Shown: positions 12,106 to 21,106 of the stretch, piece after piece
Position numbering within the stretch: the stretch's first letter is position 1
How the letters are laid out: every line of letters starts with the position of its first letter
Source of the DNA: Syntrophaceae bacterium UBA6087
GTDB lineage: Bacteria; Desulfobacterota; Desulfomonilia; UBA1062
Reading direction: 5' to 3'
Length of the DNA stretch: 64,000 nt
Assembly: GCA_002448235.1 (NCBI GenBank)
Contig: DIXF01000012.1
Span: 34,608-98,607 of the forward strand
The notes under the pieces: generated by a model
What the model was told of the DNA's origin: nothing
Databases searched by the model: none
Seen by the model: the letters and a program-made list of their open reading frames with translations, nothing else
Translations under genes and position numbers: made by a program

Positions 12106-13272
12106 ATGCGATTCGAGTTTGCCTCTGCTTCACGAATCCTGTTCGGGGAAAAGACGGTACATGAGGCGCCTGCTCTCGCCGCACGGATGGGAAGGCGCGC
12201 TCTCGTCATCACCGGCGGCACGCCGCTTCGTTCGAAGGGCTTCATAGACAGCCTCCAGGATGCCGGCATCTCCGTCATACCGTTCAGCATAGCCGGAGAA
12301 CCCACAACGGATATCGTTCTCCAGGCCGCTGCGACCGGGCGGTCGCACGCGTGCGATCTTGTAATCGGAATAGGAGGAGGCAGCGTCATCGATGGCGGAA
12401 AAGCCATTGCAGCCCTACTCACCAACCCGGGAGAGCTGTTCGATTATCTCGAAGTGATCGGGAAGGCCCAAGCCCTTCCCTTCCCTCCTGCCCCCTATAT
12501 CGCCATCCCCACGAGTGCGGGCACCGGCACCGAAGTGACCAGGAACGCGGTCATCATATCGAGAGAGCATAAGGTCAAGGTGAGCATGCGGTCGGAGATG
12601 ATGCTGCCGAAGCTCGTGGTCGTCGATCCGGAGCTGACGTATTCCATGCCGCCCGGGGTTACCGCAACAACCGGCCTCGATGCGCTTACCCAGCTTATCG
12701 AGGCCTACGTCTCACGTAAATCCAACCCCTTGACCGACGGAATCTGCAGGGAAGGACTCGTGCGCGCGGCCCGGTCGCTTAAAACCGCCTTTGAGAACGG
12801 GAATGACGCCGATGCCCGCCGCGACATGTGCCTGGCGAGCCTTTTTTCCGGCATTGCCCTGGCAAACGCCGGATTGGGAGCTGTCCACGGGTTTGCAGCC
12901 CCTATCGGAGGAAGGTTTGACGCCCCGCACGGGCTCGTGTGCGCGAGGCTCCTTCCCGCGGTCATGGACACGAATATCCGCGCGCTCAACCGGAAGCATC
13001 CCGGCTCTCCGGCGCTCATGCGGTATGACGACATTGCAGGGATTCTGACCGGCGATCCTTCAGCGTCAGCACCTGCGGGTATTTCATGGATTCAGCGCCT
13101 CTGCCGGGACCTGCGCATCGATACGCTTCGTACGATCGGCATATCGGAAAGTGATATACAACCGCTTGTGGCGAGCGCCAGGAAGGCAAGCAGCATGAAA
13201 GGCAACCCGATCGAGCTCACTGAAGAGGAGCTGGAGGCGATTCTCCGGTCGGTTATGACCCCTGCTTCATAA
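12106..13272 (+). CDS. iron-containing alcohol dehydrogenase family protein
   Basis: GIGGGSVIDGGKAIA nucleotide-binding motif and conserved His-rich C-terminal half, 388 aa. Confidence 0.85.
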   Translation: MRFEFASASRILFGEKTVHEAPALAARMGRRALVITGGTPLRSKGFIDSLQDAGISVIPFSIAGEPTTDIVLQAAATGRSHACDLVIGIGGGSVIDGGKAIAALLTNPGELFDYLEVIGKAQALPFPPAPYIAIPTSAGTGTEVTRNAVIISREHKVKVSMRSEMMLPKLVVVDPELTYSMPPGVTATTGLDALTQLIEAYVSRKSNPLTDGICREGLVRAARSLKTAFENGNDADARRDMCLASLFSGIALANAGLGAVHGFAAPIGGRFDAPHGLVCARLLPAVMDTNIRALNRKHPGSPALMRYDDIAGILTGDPSASAPAGISWIQRLCRDLRIDTLRTIGISESDIQPLVASARKASSMKGNPIELTEEELEAILRSVMTPAS

Positions 13273-13296
13273 GATGCGGTCAACCTCACCCGACAA

Positions 13297-13315
13297 AAAA
13301 GCCTACTCGGCTTTT
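13297..13315. terminator. weak bidirectional hairpin between convergent adh and slyX
   Basis: AAAAGCC-tactc-GGCTTTT. It overlaps the slyX stop codon and the stem is short. Confidence 0.25.
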
Positions 13316-13497
13316 GTTTCGGCCTCCACATGGAGGAGTTCGCCAGGCTCCTGCAGCATCTTGTAGAGATTTTCAACCCTCTCTTCGAGCTTGTCGATCT
13401 CTATCTGCTGCTTGTAGACAACATCGTTGAGCTTTTGAATCGTATCTTCGTGAAACGCTACAACGGTTTCGAGGTTGGCGAATCTGTCATCATCCAT
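13303..13497 (-). CDS. slyX: SlyX-family protein
   Basis: RFANLETVVAFHEDTIQKLNDVVYKQQIEIDKLEERVENL is the SlyX coiled-coil pattern. The ATG at 13497 with a GGAGG RBS is preferred to the TTG at 13518. Confidence 0.7.
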   Translation of the reverse strand: MDDDRFANLETVVAFHEDTIQKLNDVVYKQQIEIDKLEERVENLYKMLQEPGELLHVEAETKAE

Positions 13498-13682
13498 ACG
13501 TCCTCCAGGGTCGAGCAAGGTTTTTCAAAGATGCTTTCTCTAATTACTATAAAAGGCGTCTGCCCAGAATCAATTGCCCCCCGGACCTGAGAGCGTTGAA
13601 TTTCTCTAAGGACATGCAGGACCTGAATGGTGTATGGAAAACATTGGATATTCAACAACACGAGCAGGAGGATGTTTATCCC

Positions 13683-15065
13683 ATGGATTTTTTCTTCGAT
13701 CCGGAGAGCATAGCTGTTATCGGTGCATCTGCCGACCCTTCAAAGGTCGGCTATTATATACTCAGGAACGCCGTAGGCGGCTTCAAGGGAAAGATCTATG
13801 CGGTGAATCCGCGCTACGACTCCATCATGGATGTCCCGTGTTATCCCGATGTAAGCTCGATTCCGGAGCCTTTCGAAATGGCGCTGTATTTTATCCCGGC
13901 CAGGTTCCTGCCTGACACGATACGGGCCTGCGCAAAGAAGGGCGTAAAGGGCATCATCATCGAGTCTGCAGGGTTCGCCGAGGTGGGAGACGAGGGCAAG
14001 CAGCTCCAGGAGGAATCGGTGCAGCTTGCCCGTGAGCACAACATCAGGCTCTGGGGCCCGAACTGCATGGGGCTCATAGACGGCTACAAGCGGCACGTCT
14101 TCTCGTTTTTGATGAGCGACCAGGTGTGGGACCTTTTAAAGCCGGGTAACGCTTCATTCATCGTCCAGAGCGGGATGCTCTCTGCCGGTTTTCTCCTCAT
14201 GATGCTGGAACGTGGCGGCATAGGGATCTCCAAGATGTGCTCCATCGGAAACAAGTGCGATGTCCAGGAGACCGAGCTTCTCGAATATCTCATACATGAC
14301 GAATCCACCGGCGTCATCGGGATGTATATCGAGTCCATCGTCGATCCCAAGGGATTCATGGAGCTTGCACGCTCCACCCGCAAGCCCATCGTGCTTCTCA
14401 AGGGAGGGCAGAGCCCTGCCGGCGCCAAGGCCGCAGCGAGCCATACGGCCAGCATGGCCGGGAACCACGAGATCCTGAGGCATGCGTTCCGCCAGTGCGG
14501 CATCATAGAGGTATCCGACGTGAACGAGCTCATGGATTTTGTCCGCGGCTTCTCCAAGACGCAGTTGCTCTCTCATGATGCAGGCACCGCCATTGTTTCA
14601 TTTTCAGGAGCCGGAGGGATCATCACCTCGGATATGCTTTATAAAAAAGGGCTGCCTGTAGCCGAGCTGACTGACGAGAGCCTGAAAGCCCTCGAAGAGG
14701 TCTTCCCGGAATGGATGGCGCCGTCGCACCCCGTGGACATCTGGCCCGCAATCGAAAAGTTCGGGTATGAAAAGGTGTATTCCCGTACCATCGAGATCCT
14801 GAAGAATGACCCGAACGTTGATTCTCTGATCGTTCATCTCTTTGCGAGCAGGATGAAGCTCGAGCACATCATCGACCTCGTCAGCATGAAGGATGTGCAC
14901 GGCAAGCCGGTCATCGCCTGGATCACCGGCAACGGCGAAAAGCTCCATACCTTCAAGCGTGAACTGGAGGACGTGGGAATCCCCGTCTTCGAGGAGATGA
15001 CCAGAGGGGTGGATTTTCTGGCTGCATATAAAAAGTTTTACTTTTATCAGGCTTCCCGGGGATAG
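13683..15065 (+). CDS. ADP-forming acetyl/acyl-CoA synthetase-like CoA-binding protein (alpha-type domains)
   Basis: MDFFFDPESIAVIGASADPSKVGY CoA-binding N-terminus and succinyl-CoA-synthetase-like domains. ATG at 13683 is preceded by GCAGGAGGA. The ORF-track start at 13596 is TTG. Confidence 0.72.
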   Translation: MDFFFDPESIAVIGASADPSKVGYYILRNAVGGFKGKIYAVNPRYDSIMDVPCYPDVSSIPEPFEMALYFIPARFLPDTIRACAKKGVKGIIIESAGFAEVGDEGKQLQEESVQLAREHNIRLWGPNCMGLIDGYKRHVFSFLMSDQVWDLLKPGNASFIVQSGMLSAGFLLMMLERGGIGISKMCSIGNKCDVQETELLEYLIHDESTGVIGMYIESIVDPKGFMELARSTRKPIVLLKGGQSPAGAKAAASHTASMAGNHEILRHAFRQCGIIEVSDVNELMDFVRGFSKTQLLSHDAGTAIVSFSGAGGIITSDMLYKKGLPVAELTDESLKALEEVFPEWMAPSHPVDIWPAIEKFGYEKVYSRTIEILKNDPNVDSLIVHLFASRMKLEHIIDLVSMKDVHGKPVIAWITGNGEKLHTFKRELEDVGIPVFEEMTRGVDFLAAYKKFYFYQASRG

Positions 15066-15099
15066 GGATTCTTTGAGCTTTGCGCTAACCAAGAAGTTC

Positions 15100-15214
15100 T
15101 TCGGCGCTTCCTCTGGAGACCCTTGCTTTCCCAAGGATGTCCTTGCGCTCATTCATACGGCAGAAATATATTGCACACGACCGAGATCAAATCAAAAGGC
15201 TTTACCTACTTCGG
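15100..15214 (+). pseudogene. internally deleted remnant of a ugd-like gene
   Basis: 15124-15141 is identical to 19564-19581 of the intact ugd (CFPKDV region). 15189-15214 is identical to 20043-20068 (KSKGFTYFG C-terminus). The two pieces are about 460 nt apart in ugd but about 47 nt apart and out of frame here. Confidence 0.65.
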
Positions 15215-15313
15215 AGAAGAAAATAGTTGTCTTGGCGGACATTTTTTGAAATAATCCGGTTGTATAAGTTATTGCGCAATGTGATGAACGGGAAATGAAG
15301 GGAGGGTCGTCCG

Positions 15314-16399
15314 ATGACCGGTGCAAAAGCAAAAAGAGCCGAGGTCGGCATGAAAAGTACAAAACAGGAGCTTCTCGATGCCTATGCCGAGGTATTAGAA
15401 GAGCTGAAAGAAATAAACAAGGCAGAGCTCAAACCGGAGAAGAAAATCGAGGAAAAAAAGAAGCAGGAGGTCGCTCTCGCCGTCAGTGACATCTCTATGA
15501 ATGGCGTGGCTCAGAATATCAAAAACCTGAAGACGGATATCGACCGGAACCTCTCCCAGCTCATGGAAAGACTCGAATCAGAGGTGAAAAAGCTGGGCGA
15601 CATCCAGTCGGCGATCACCATCCGCGATGCCGAGCTCAAGGAAATATACGAGATCGACCGGTCGGCGAGTTCGCTGGCTGCGCTGATAGAGGCCAACAAC
15701 CGCAAAAACCGGGCCTTTGAAGAAGAGTTGGATCAGAAGAAGGCAAGCCTTCTGGGAGAAATTGAAGATACCCGCCGGAAGTGGGACCAGGAAAAGGCCC
15801 TGCACGCAGCCGAGGTAAAGGAGCAGAAAGAGCAGGAAGCACGGCAGAGGGAGCGGGAAAAAGAAGAGTACCTGTATTCATTCCAGAGAGAGCGTCAGAT
15901 CGAGAAAGACAGGCTTGAGGATGAAAAGGCGCAGCTCCTCTCCGAAAAACAGGCCTTTGAGAACGAGATCAAAGCCATGCGCGAGGCTGCCGAGAAAGAG
16001 CTCAACGAGAGGAGGAAGGCACTTGCCGACAAGGAAACAGAGTTCCTGGAGCTGAAGAAACGATCGGAGGCATTTCCCAAAGAGCTGGAAAGCGCTGTCG
16101 CCAAGACGGCCAAGGAGACAACCGACAGGCTCAAGCTGGACTCGGACTATCAGACGAGCATCCTCAAGCAGCAGTTCGAGGGTGAGAAAAACGTGCTGCT
16201 CACGCGCATCGATGCCCTGGAAAAATCCGTGAAGGAACAGAGCGAGCAGATATCGAAGCTCTCAATGCTACAGGAGGCCGCTTATCAGAAGGTGCAGGAC
16301 GTTGCAGTAAAGGCAATCGAGGGCGCATCGAAGCTGGGCTCGTTTTCCGGTCTCCAGCAGGCCCTTTCCGAACAGGGGAGAAAATCGAATTCGGACTGA
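15314..16399 (+). CDS. E/K-rich coiled-coil protein (hypothetical)
   Basis: 361 aa with an AAGGGAGGG RBS and heptad-like charged repeats throughout. No recognisable catalytic motif. Confidence 0.6.
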   Translation: MTGAKAKRAEVGMKSTKQELLDAYAEVLEELKEINKAELKPEKKIEEKKKQEVALAVSDISMNGVAQNIKNLKTDIDRNLSQLMERLESEVKKLGDIQSAITIRDAELKEIYEIDRSASSLAALIEANNRKNRAFEEELDQKKASLLGEIEDTRRKWDQEKALHAAEVKEQKEQEARQREREKEEYLYSFQRERQIEKDRLEDEKAQLLSEKQAFENEIKAMREAAEKELNERRKALADKETEFLELKKRSEAFPKELESAVAKTAKETTDRLKLDSDYQTSILKQQFEGEKNVLLTRIDALEKSVKEQSEQISKLSMLQEAAYQKVQDVAVKAIEGASKLGSFSGLQQALSEQGRKSNSD

Positions 16400-16440
16400 T
16401 TCCAATAGAGGCAAAATATCGGCAAAAGAATCGTACCAAT

Positions 16441-16653
16441 ATGCATGAATTCATGATAGATTACTTAATTATGGTTAAAAAAGTCGTTCGCAAAAGCAAT
16501 CTCCACAGTCTTCAATCAGCGAAGGATGATCTCTTGTACTGGTTAAGTCGTCCAGCGGAAGAACGCGTTGCAACCGTCGATCATTTGAGAAAGCAATATT
16601 ATGGAAGTACAGAAAGACTTCAAAGAGTTGCTCGAGTTATTCAACGGGCATAA
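16441..16653 (+). CDS. small hypothetical protein, partner of the downstream nucleotidyltransferase-fold gene
   Basis: 70-aa ORF (alternative ATG at 16471). The ending ...ERVATVDHLRKQYYGSTERLQRVARVIQRA resembles small proteins commonly encoded upstream of this NTase-fold family (from memory). Confidence 0.45.
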   Translation: MHEFMIDYLIMVKKVVRKSNLHSLQSAKDDLLYWLSRPAEERVATVDHLRKQYYGSTERLQRVARVIQRA

Positions 16654-17047
16654 AGTTGAATACATGGTTGTTGGGGCTTATGCTCTTGCTTTCCATGGGG
16701 TCCCGCGTTTTACCGGCGATATCGATATATTTGTTCATCCCGCACCAGAAAATGCAAATAAAGTCCTGGCAGCCTTGGCTGATTTTGGTTTTGGCTCACT
16801 AAATTTGACAGTTGATGACTTTCAAGCTCCTGATTCTGTGGTTCAGCTCGGCGTTCCGCCTGTCCGCATTGACATCATAACTTCAATAACCGGAGTCTCA
16901 TGGGAAGACGCCGATAGAGGCAAGAAAGAAGGTTTGTATGGAGATGTTCCTGTGTATTTTCTGGGTCGCGAACATTACATAGCAAATAAACGGGCAATCG
17001 GCCGGAAAAAAGATCTGGCAGACCTTGAATCTCTTGGCGAAGAATAA
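16601..17047 (+). CDS. nucleotidyltransferase-fold protein (DUF6036-like)
   Basis: FKELLELFNGHKVEYMVVGAYALAFHGVPRFTGDIDIFV is a minimal NTase-fold pattern with GDID. Overlaps the upstream small ORF by 53 nt. Confidence 0.55.
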   Translation: MEVQKDFKELLELFNGHKVEYMVVGAYALAFHGVPRFTGDIDIFVHPAPENANKVLAALADFGFGSLNLTVDDFQAPDSVVQLGVPPVRIDIITSITGVSWEDADRGKKEGLYGDVPVYFLGREHYIANKRAIGRKKDLADLESLGEE

Positions 17048-17102
17048 TTTGAAACAGAAGCCGAAGTTCAGGAGCAAGCAATAATCATCGGAGAGGTTTA
17101 TA

Positions 17103-17795
17103 TTGTACAAAATCATCCACAAGAGGTTTTGCGGCCCGCCTGATTCGGGCAATGGCGGGTATGTGTGCGGGCTGGTCGCGCAGTATCTGGAAGGCATCGC
17201 CGAAGTTCGGCTTTACAAGCCGCCTCCTCTTGAAAAACCCCTGGATGTCGAAGTCACCCGCGATGGCATGGTCCTCCTAAAAGACGGTGAGACCATTATT
17301 GCACAGGGAAAACCCTCGAGCCTGAACCTCGACCTGCCTTCCCCACCTTCGTTCGACCAGGCGCGTGAAGCATCCAGCCGTTATGTGAGTGAGAAGGATC
17401 ACTTCTTCCCCACGTGCTTTGTCTGCGGGCCGGCGCGTTGCCCCAAAGACGGCCTCCGTATCTTCCCGGGCATGCTTTCCGGACGTGCTGCGGTTGCCTC
17501 CGCCTGGATTCCCGATGAGACCCTCTGCGATGATTCCTCCCTGGTAAGGCGCGAATTCGTCTGGGCCTCACTGGACTGTCCCGGGGCGTTTGCCGTGTTG
17601 GGCTTGTCAATACGGCCGGTCGTTCTCGGTTCTCTTACTGCCGATATCGTTCAGTGCCCGGCCATCGGCCAAAGATGCATAGTCATGGGCTGGAAGATCG
17701 GGGAGCAGGGAAGAAAACGCATGGCAGGGACAGCCCTCTTCTCGGACACCGGTGAAATACTTGCAAAAGCCCAGGCTGTCTGGATCGAGATCTGA
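17103..17795 (+). CDS. hotdog-fold (PaaI-like thioesterase) protein
   Basis: CFVCGPARCPKDGLRIFPG resembles the CFxCG...GL motif of PaaI-type hotdog proteins. TTG start with a GGAGAGG RBS. Tentative. Confidence 0.45.
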   Translation: MYKIIHKRFCGPPDSGNGGYVCGLVAQYLEGIAEVRLYKPPPLEKPLDVEVTRDGMVLLKDGETIIAQGKPSSLNLDLPSPPSFDQAREASSRYVSEKDHFFPTCFVCGPARCPKDGLRIFPGMLSGRAAVASAWIPDETLCDDSSLVRREFVWASLDCPGAFAVLGLSIRPVVLGSLTADIVQCPAIGQRCIVMGWKIGEQGRKRMAGTALFSDTGEILAKAQAVWIEI

Positions 17796-17800
17796 CAGGC

Positions 17801-18670
17801 ATGGAATGGTTCCCTCTGGCGCTTCTGGCTGCGTTGAGCCTGGCGACTGCGGATGCGCTCACCAAGAAGTTTTTCAGCCGCTTAAGCGCCTACGAGATGG
17901 GCATTACACGGCTTGCATACACCATCCCCTGGCTTGCCCTGGCTCTTATCTTTATCCCCAGGCCTCATCTTGACCGGACCTTTTTCTTAAGCATCGCTGC
18001 AGCGCTTCCGCTTGAGGCCCTCGCCTTTATAAGTTACATGAGGGCTATCAAGGTATCGCCTCTTTCGCTCACCCTGCCCTTTCTTTCATTCACCCCGGTC
18101 TTCATCATTTTCACCGGGCGGATCATCCTGGGCGAGAACATTACATCGGGCGGCCTGGCAGGAATACTCTGCATCGTGAGCGGTGCATATGTCCTGAATA
18201 TCTCACAGATGAAAACAGGCATGCTGGAGCCGATCAGAGCCATATTCAAGGAGCCCGGCTCAAGGCTCATGATCCTTGTTTCTTTTCTTTACTCCATCAC
18301 CTCGACGCTCGGCAAACTCGGCATCATCCACTCGAGCCCGTTGTTCTTCGGGATAAGCTACTACCTTATCTTCACCTTTTTTATGCTTTCTTTCCTGCCT
18401 TTCATGCGCGGAGCAAAGGCAGCACGCCTTGTCTCCAACCCGTTCGCAGGTATGGCCGTCGGCGCATCCATGGCCATGATGGTCTTCTCCCACATGCTCT
18501 CCATATCCATGATAGAGGCAGCGTATATGATTGCGATCAAACGCACGAGCATCGTGTTCGGCGTGCTCTACGGCGCCTGGCTGTTCAAGGAAACAAAGAT
18601 CACCGAACGCCTTACCGGAGCCCTCATCATGATTATCGGCGCGCTCCTCATCGGATGGTTCGGCCATTGA
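17801..18670 (+). CDS. EamA/DMT-family transporter
   Basis: 289 aa with about ten hydrophobic segments in two EamA-like halves. Confidence 0.65.
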   Translation: MEWFPLALLAALSLATADALTKKFFSRLSAYEMGITRLAYTIPWLALALIFIPRPHLDRTFFLSIAAALPLEALAFISYMRAIKVSPLSLTLPFLSFTPVFIIFTGRIILGENITSGGLAGILCIVSGAYVLNISQMKTGMLEPIRAIFKEPGSRLMILVSFLYSITSTLGKLGIIHSSPLFFGISYYLIFTFFMLSFLPFMRGAKAARLVSNPFAGMAVGASMAMMVFSHMLSISMIEAAYMIAIKRTSIVFGVLYGAWLFKETKITERLTGALIMIIGALLIGWFGH

Positions 18671-18752
18671 TCAAAGGTATTGATTCGTCTGGAGTTTACC
18701 GATAGGAAAGAATCGTTACATTTGTTAAAGTTAATTCATAAAAGGGGATTTT

Positions 18753-20093
18753 ATGAAGATTTGCATGATCGGTACCGGCTATGTTGGTCTCGTAACAGGC
18801 GCGTGCTTTTCTGAAATGGGAAACGACGTCATCTGCATTGATGAGAACACTGAAAAGATCGAAATGCTCAAAAAAGGCATCGTGCCGATCTATGAACCGG
18901 GCCTTAAGGAGATCATCGAAAGAAACGTCCAGGGAGGCCGCCTGAACTTTACTACAAACCTCGCAGAGGGCGTTGTAAAATGCCAGATCTGCTTCATCGC
19001 CGTAGGCACGCCCCAGGACAAGGACGGCTCTGCGGATTTAAAATATGTCCTCCAGGTTGCCCGTCAGATCGGAACGCTCATGGAGAGCTACAAAATCATC
19101 GTAGACAAGTCCACCGTGCCCGTCGGTACCGCTGAAAAGGTGCGCGAAGCAGTCAAGGATGAACTCAGCAAGAGAAATCTCGATAATCTCGAGTTCGACG
19201 TTGTCTCCAATCCTGAGTTTCTCAAGGAAGGCAATGCGATCCAGGACTTCATGCGGCCCGAGCGAGTTATCGTGGGTACGGACAATGTCAGGACAGGCGC
19301 GCTGTTCAAAGAGCTCTACGACCCGTTCGTGACCACGACCAACAACCCTGTGCTCATCATGGACATCAAGAGCGCGGAGCTCACCAAATATGCATCGAAT
19401 GCCTTCCTTGCAACAAAGGTCTCGTTCATGAACGAGCTTTCCATTCTCTGCGACAAGGTCGGTGCGGACATATCGCAAGTCCGGGAGGGGATGGGAACGG
19501 ATTCACGCATCGGCCCGCGCTTTCTCCTCGCAGGCCCCGGTTACGGCGGATCATGCTTTCCCAAGGATGTCGTTGCATTGATCCACACGGCAGGCAGCCT
19601 CGGCCAATCTTTGGAGATCTGCAAGGCAACTCACCGGGCAAATGAAAAACAGAAAGCTTACTTCGCAGAAAAAATCATCAATTACTATGTCGAGCAGAAA
19701 GCAGATCTTTCAAAGGTCGTGATCGCCATCTGGGGCCTCACCTTCAAGCCCAAGACCGATGATATCAGGGAAGCTCCAGCGCTTGACGTCATAGCCAGGC
19801 TTCTCGAAAAAGGCATACAGGTAAGAGTGTTTGACCCGATCGGCATGGACAATGCTCGCGCAGAGCTGGGTGATTCGGTCTTTTATGCGAAGGACAACTA
19901 CGAAGTGCTCGAAGGGGCGCACGGCCTTGCCGTCGTCACGGAATGGAACCTGTTCAAGAGCCCGGACTTCGAAAGGATGAAAGAACTCATGAGCAAGCCG
20001 GTCGTCTTCGACGGCAGGAACATCCTCAATGCCACCGATATTAAATCAAAAGGCTTTACCTACTTCGGTATAGGGAGAGGCAACGATTGCTGA
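18753..20093 (+). CDS. ugd: UDP-glucose 6-dehydrogenase
   Basis: MKICMIGTGYVGLVTGACFSEMGNDVICID Rossmann N-terminus, GGSCFPKDV catalytic Cys motif, 446 aa. Confidence 0.92.
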   Translation: MKICMIGTGYVGLVTGACFSEMGNDVICIDENTEKIEMLKKGIVPIYEPGLKEIIERNVQGGRLNFTTNLAEGVVKCQICFIAVGTPQDKDGSADLKYVLQVARQIGTLMESYKIIVDKSTVPVGTAEKVREAVKDELSKRNLDNLEFDVVSNPEFLKEGNAIQDFMRPERVIVGTDNVRTGALFKELYDPFVTTTNNPVLIMDIKSAELTKYASNAFLATKVSFMNELSILCDKVGADISQVREGMGTDSRIGPRFLLAGPGYGGSCFPKDVVALIHTAGSLGQSLEICKATHRANEKQKAYFAEKIINYYVEQKADLSKVVIAIWGLTFKPKTDDIREAPALDVIARLLEKGIQVRVFDPIGMDNARAELGDSVFYAKDNYEVLEGAHGLAVVTEWNLFKSPDFERMKELMSKPVVFDGRNILNATDIKSKGFTYFGIGRGNDC

Positions 20094-20111
20094 TGCTTTC
20101 ATATAAAAGAG

Positions 20112-20186
20112 CTTTGACCGTATTTCATCGGCCTGTTTTGAGCAAGACCCACTTATCGACCTGTCCGAATTTGCGGTGCCACTTCT
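20112..20186 (-). repeat. solo IS3-family terminal repeat (copy A)
   Basis: This 75-nt segment is collinear with 24558-24632, the orfA-proximal end of the IS3 remnant, and about 69-70 of 75 positions are identical by eye. No transposase follows it. The AT-rich DNA starts immediately at 20187. Confidence 0.65.
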
Positions 20187-20200
20187 GACACATGATAATA

Positions 20201-21052
20201 CTAAACCAATTCTTTGGGTAATTTTTGACAAAGAACTAGATATCCCTCACCTATGACTTTTAAATTACTATCACCGATTCTGTCAAATAATTGTGCAATA
20301 GATGCGTTTGCTCGTCCGAGGAATATGTGTAACGGGTAAGGTAAAGCATTAAATCCAATGAATTTATCATGTAGTAACTTAAATTTACATTGGGTAAGAT
20401 CATTTTGGAACTGAAATGGTGAGTGTTTTCGTATGGCGAATTCCCTAGGCTTAATCTCCCCCATTTTCAACTTTATCTTTAGTAGACTCATGAATTGCCT
20501 AATGCTTCTAATTTTCTTCATAACTTCTATAATACTATCGAGACAGAGATTATATGAGTACTTATTTGTCACCACAGTTAAAAAATAACCATTGGGTTTT
20601 AGTATTCTGTAAAACTCTGATAGTGCTTTCTTATCTTTCTCAAGATATTCGATAACACCCAGACTAACAACAAGATCTAAAGAGTTACTCTTTAAGGGAA
20701 TATTCTCTATATCAGCCCTCATCAATCTAGGTGTGCCTATTGAATACGCATGTGAAAAATGACCCTTTGCCAACTTCAGCATGTTCTCAGAGAGATCTAA
20801 CCCGTTATAATGAATGTCATACTCATGGAGAGCCTCTATCAATAGACCCGGACCGCAACCGGCATCAAGCATCTCAATCTTATTTTTAGCTGTTGCCAGT
20901 ATACATTTCTTTAGACATTCTATTACTTCTTTTTGTCTAAGGTACATGTAAGAAGATTGGTTATCTTGGTATTTATATTTTAGATAGTCATCAGCATCAC
21001 CATCGAAAAAATCTTTAACTCTCTGCTTTTTTGAAATATCCTGCTCATCCAT
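20201..21052 (-). CDS. class I SAM-dependent methyltransferase
   Basis: MLDAGCGPGLLIEAL motif I and a downstream acidic motif, 283 aa. Confidence 0.8.
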   Translation of the reverse strand: MDEQDISKKQRVKDFFDGDADDYLKYKYQDNQSSYMYLRQKEVIECLKKCILATAKNKIEMLDAGCGPGLLIEALHEYDIHYNGLDLSENMLKLAKGHFSHAYSIGTPRLMRADIENIPLKSNSLDLVVSLGVIEYLEKDKKALSEFYRILKPNGYFLTVVTNKYSYNLCLDSIIEVMKKIRSIRQFMSLLKIKLKMGEIKPREFAIRKHSPFQFQNDLTQCKFKLLHDKFIGFNALPYPLHIFLGRANASIAQLFDRIGDSNLKVIGEGYLVLCQKLPKELV

Positions 21053-21106
21053 GTGCGAATCTCCATTATCTTAAATAAAATTAATTTTGAAGGTTAGTGA
21101 CCTTCA

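Noticed and set aside
10754-12247. 497-aa plus-strand ORF antisense to the AsmA-family gene
   Set aside because: The product is Ser/Pro/Ala/Phe-rich and low-complexity. It overlaps a well-supported 889-aa gene with a proper RBS and also runs into the adh promoter region.
20046-20231. 61-aa minus-strand ORF spanning the ugd 3' end and the solo IS end
   Set aside because: It crosses three unrelated sequence blocks: ugd, the IS terminal repeat and AT-rich DNA. It has no RBS and no similarity to anything recognisable.
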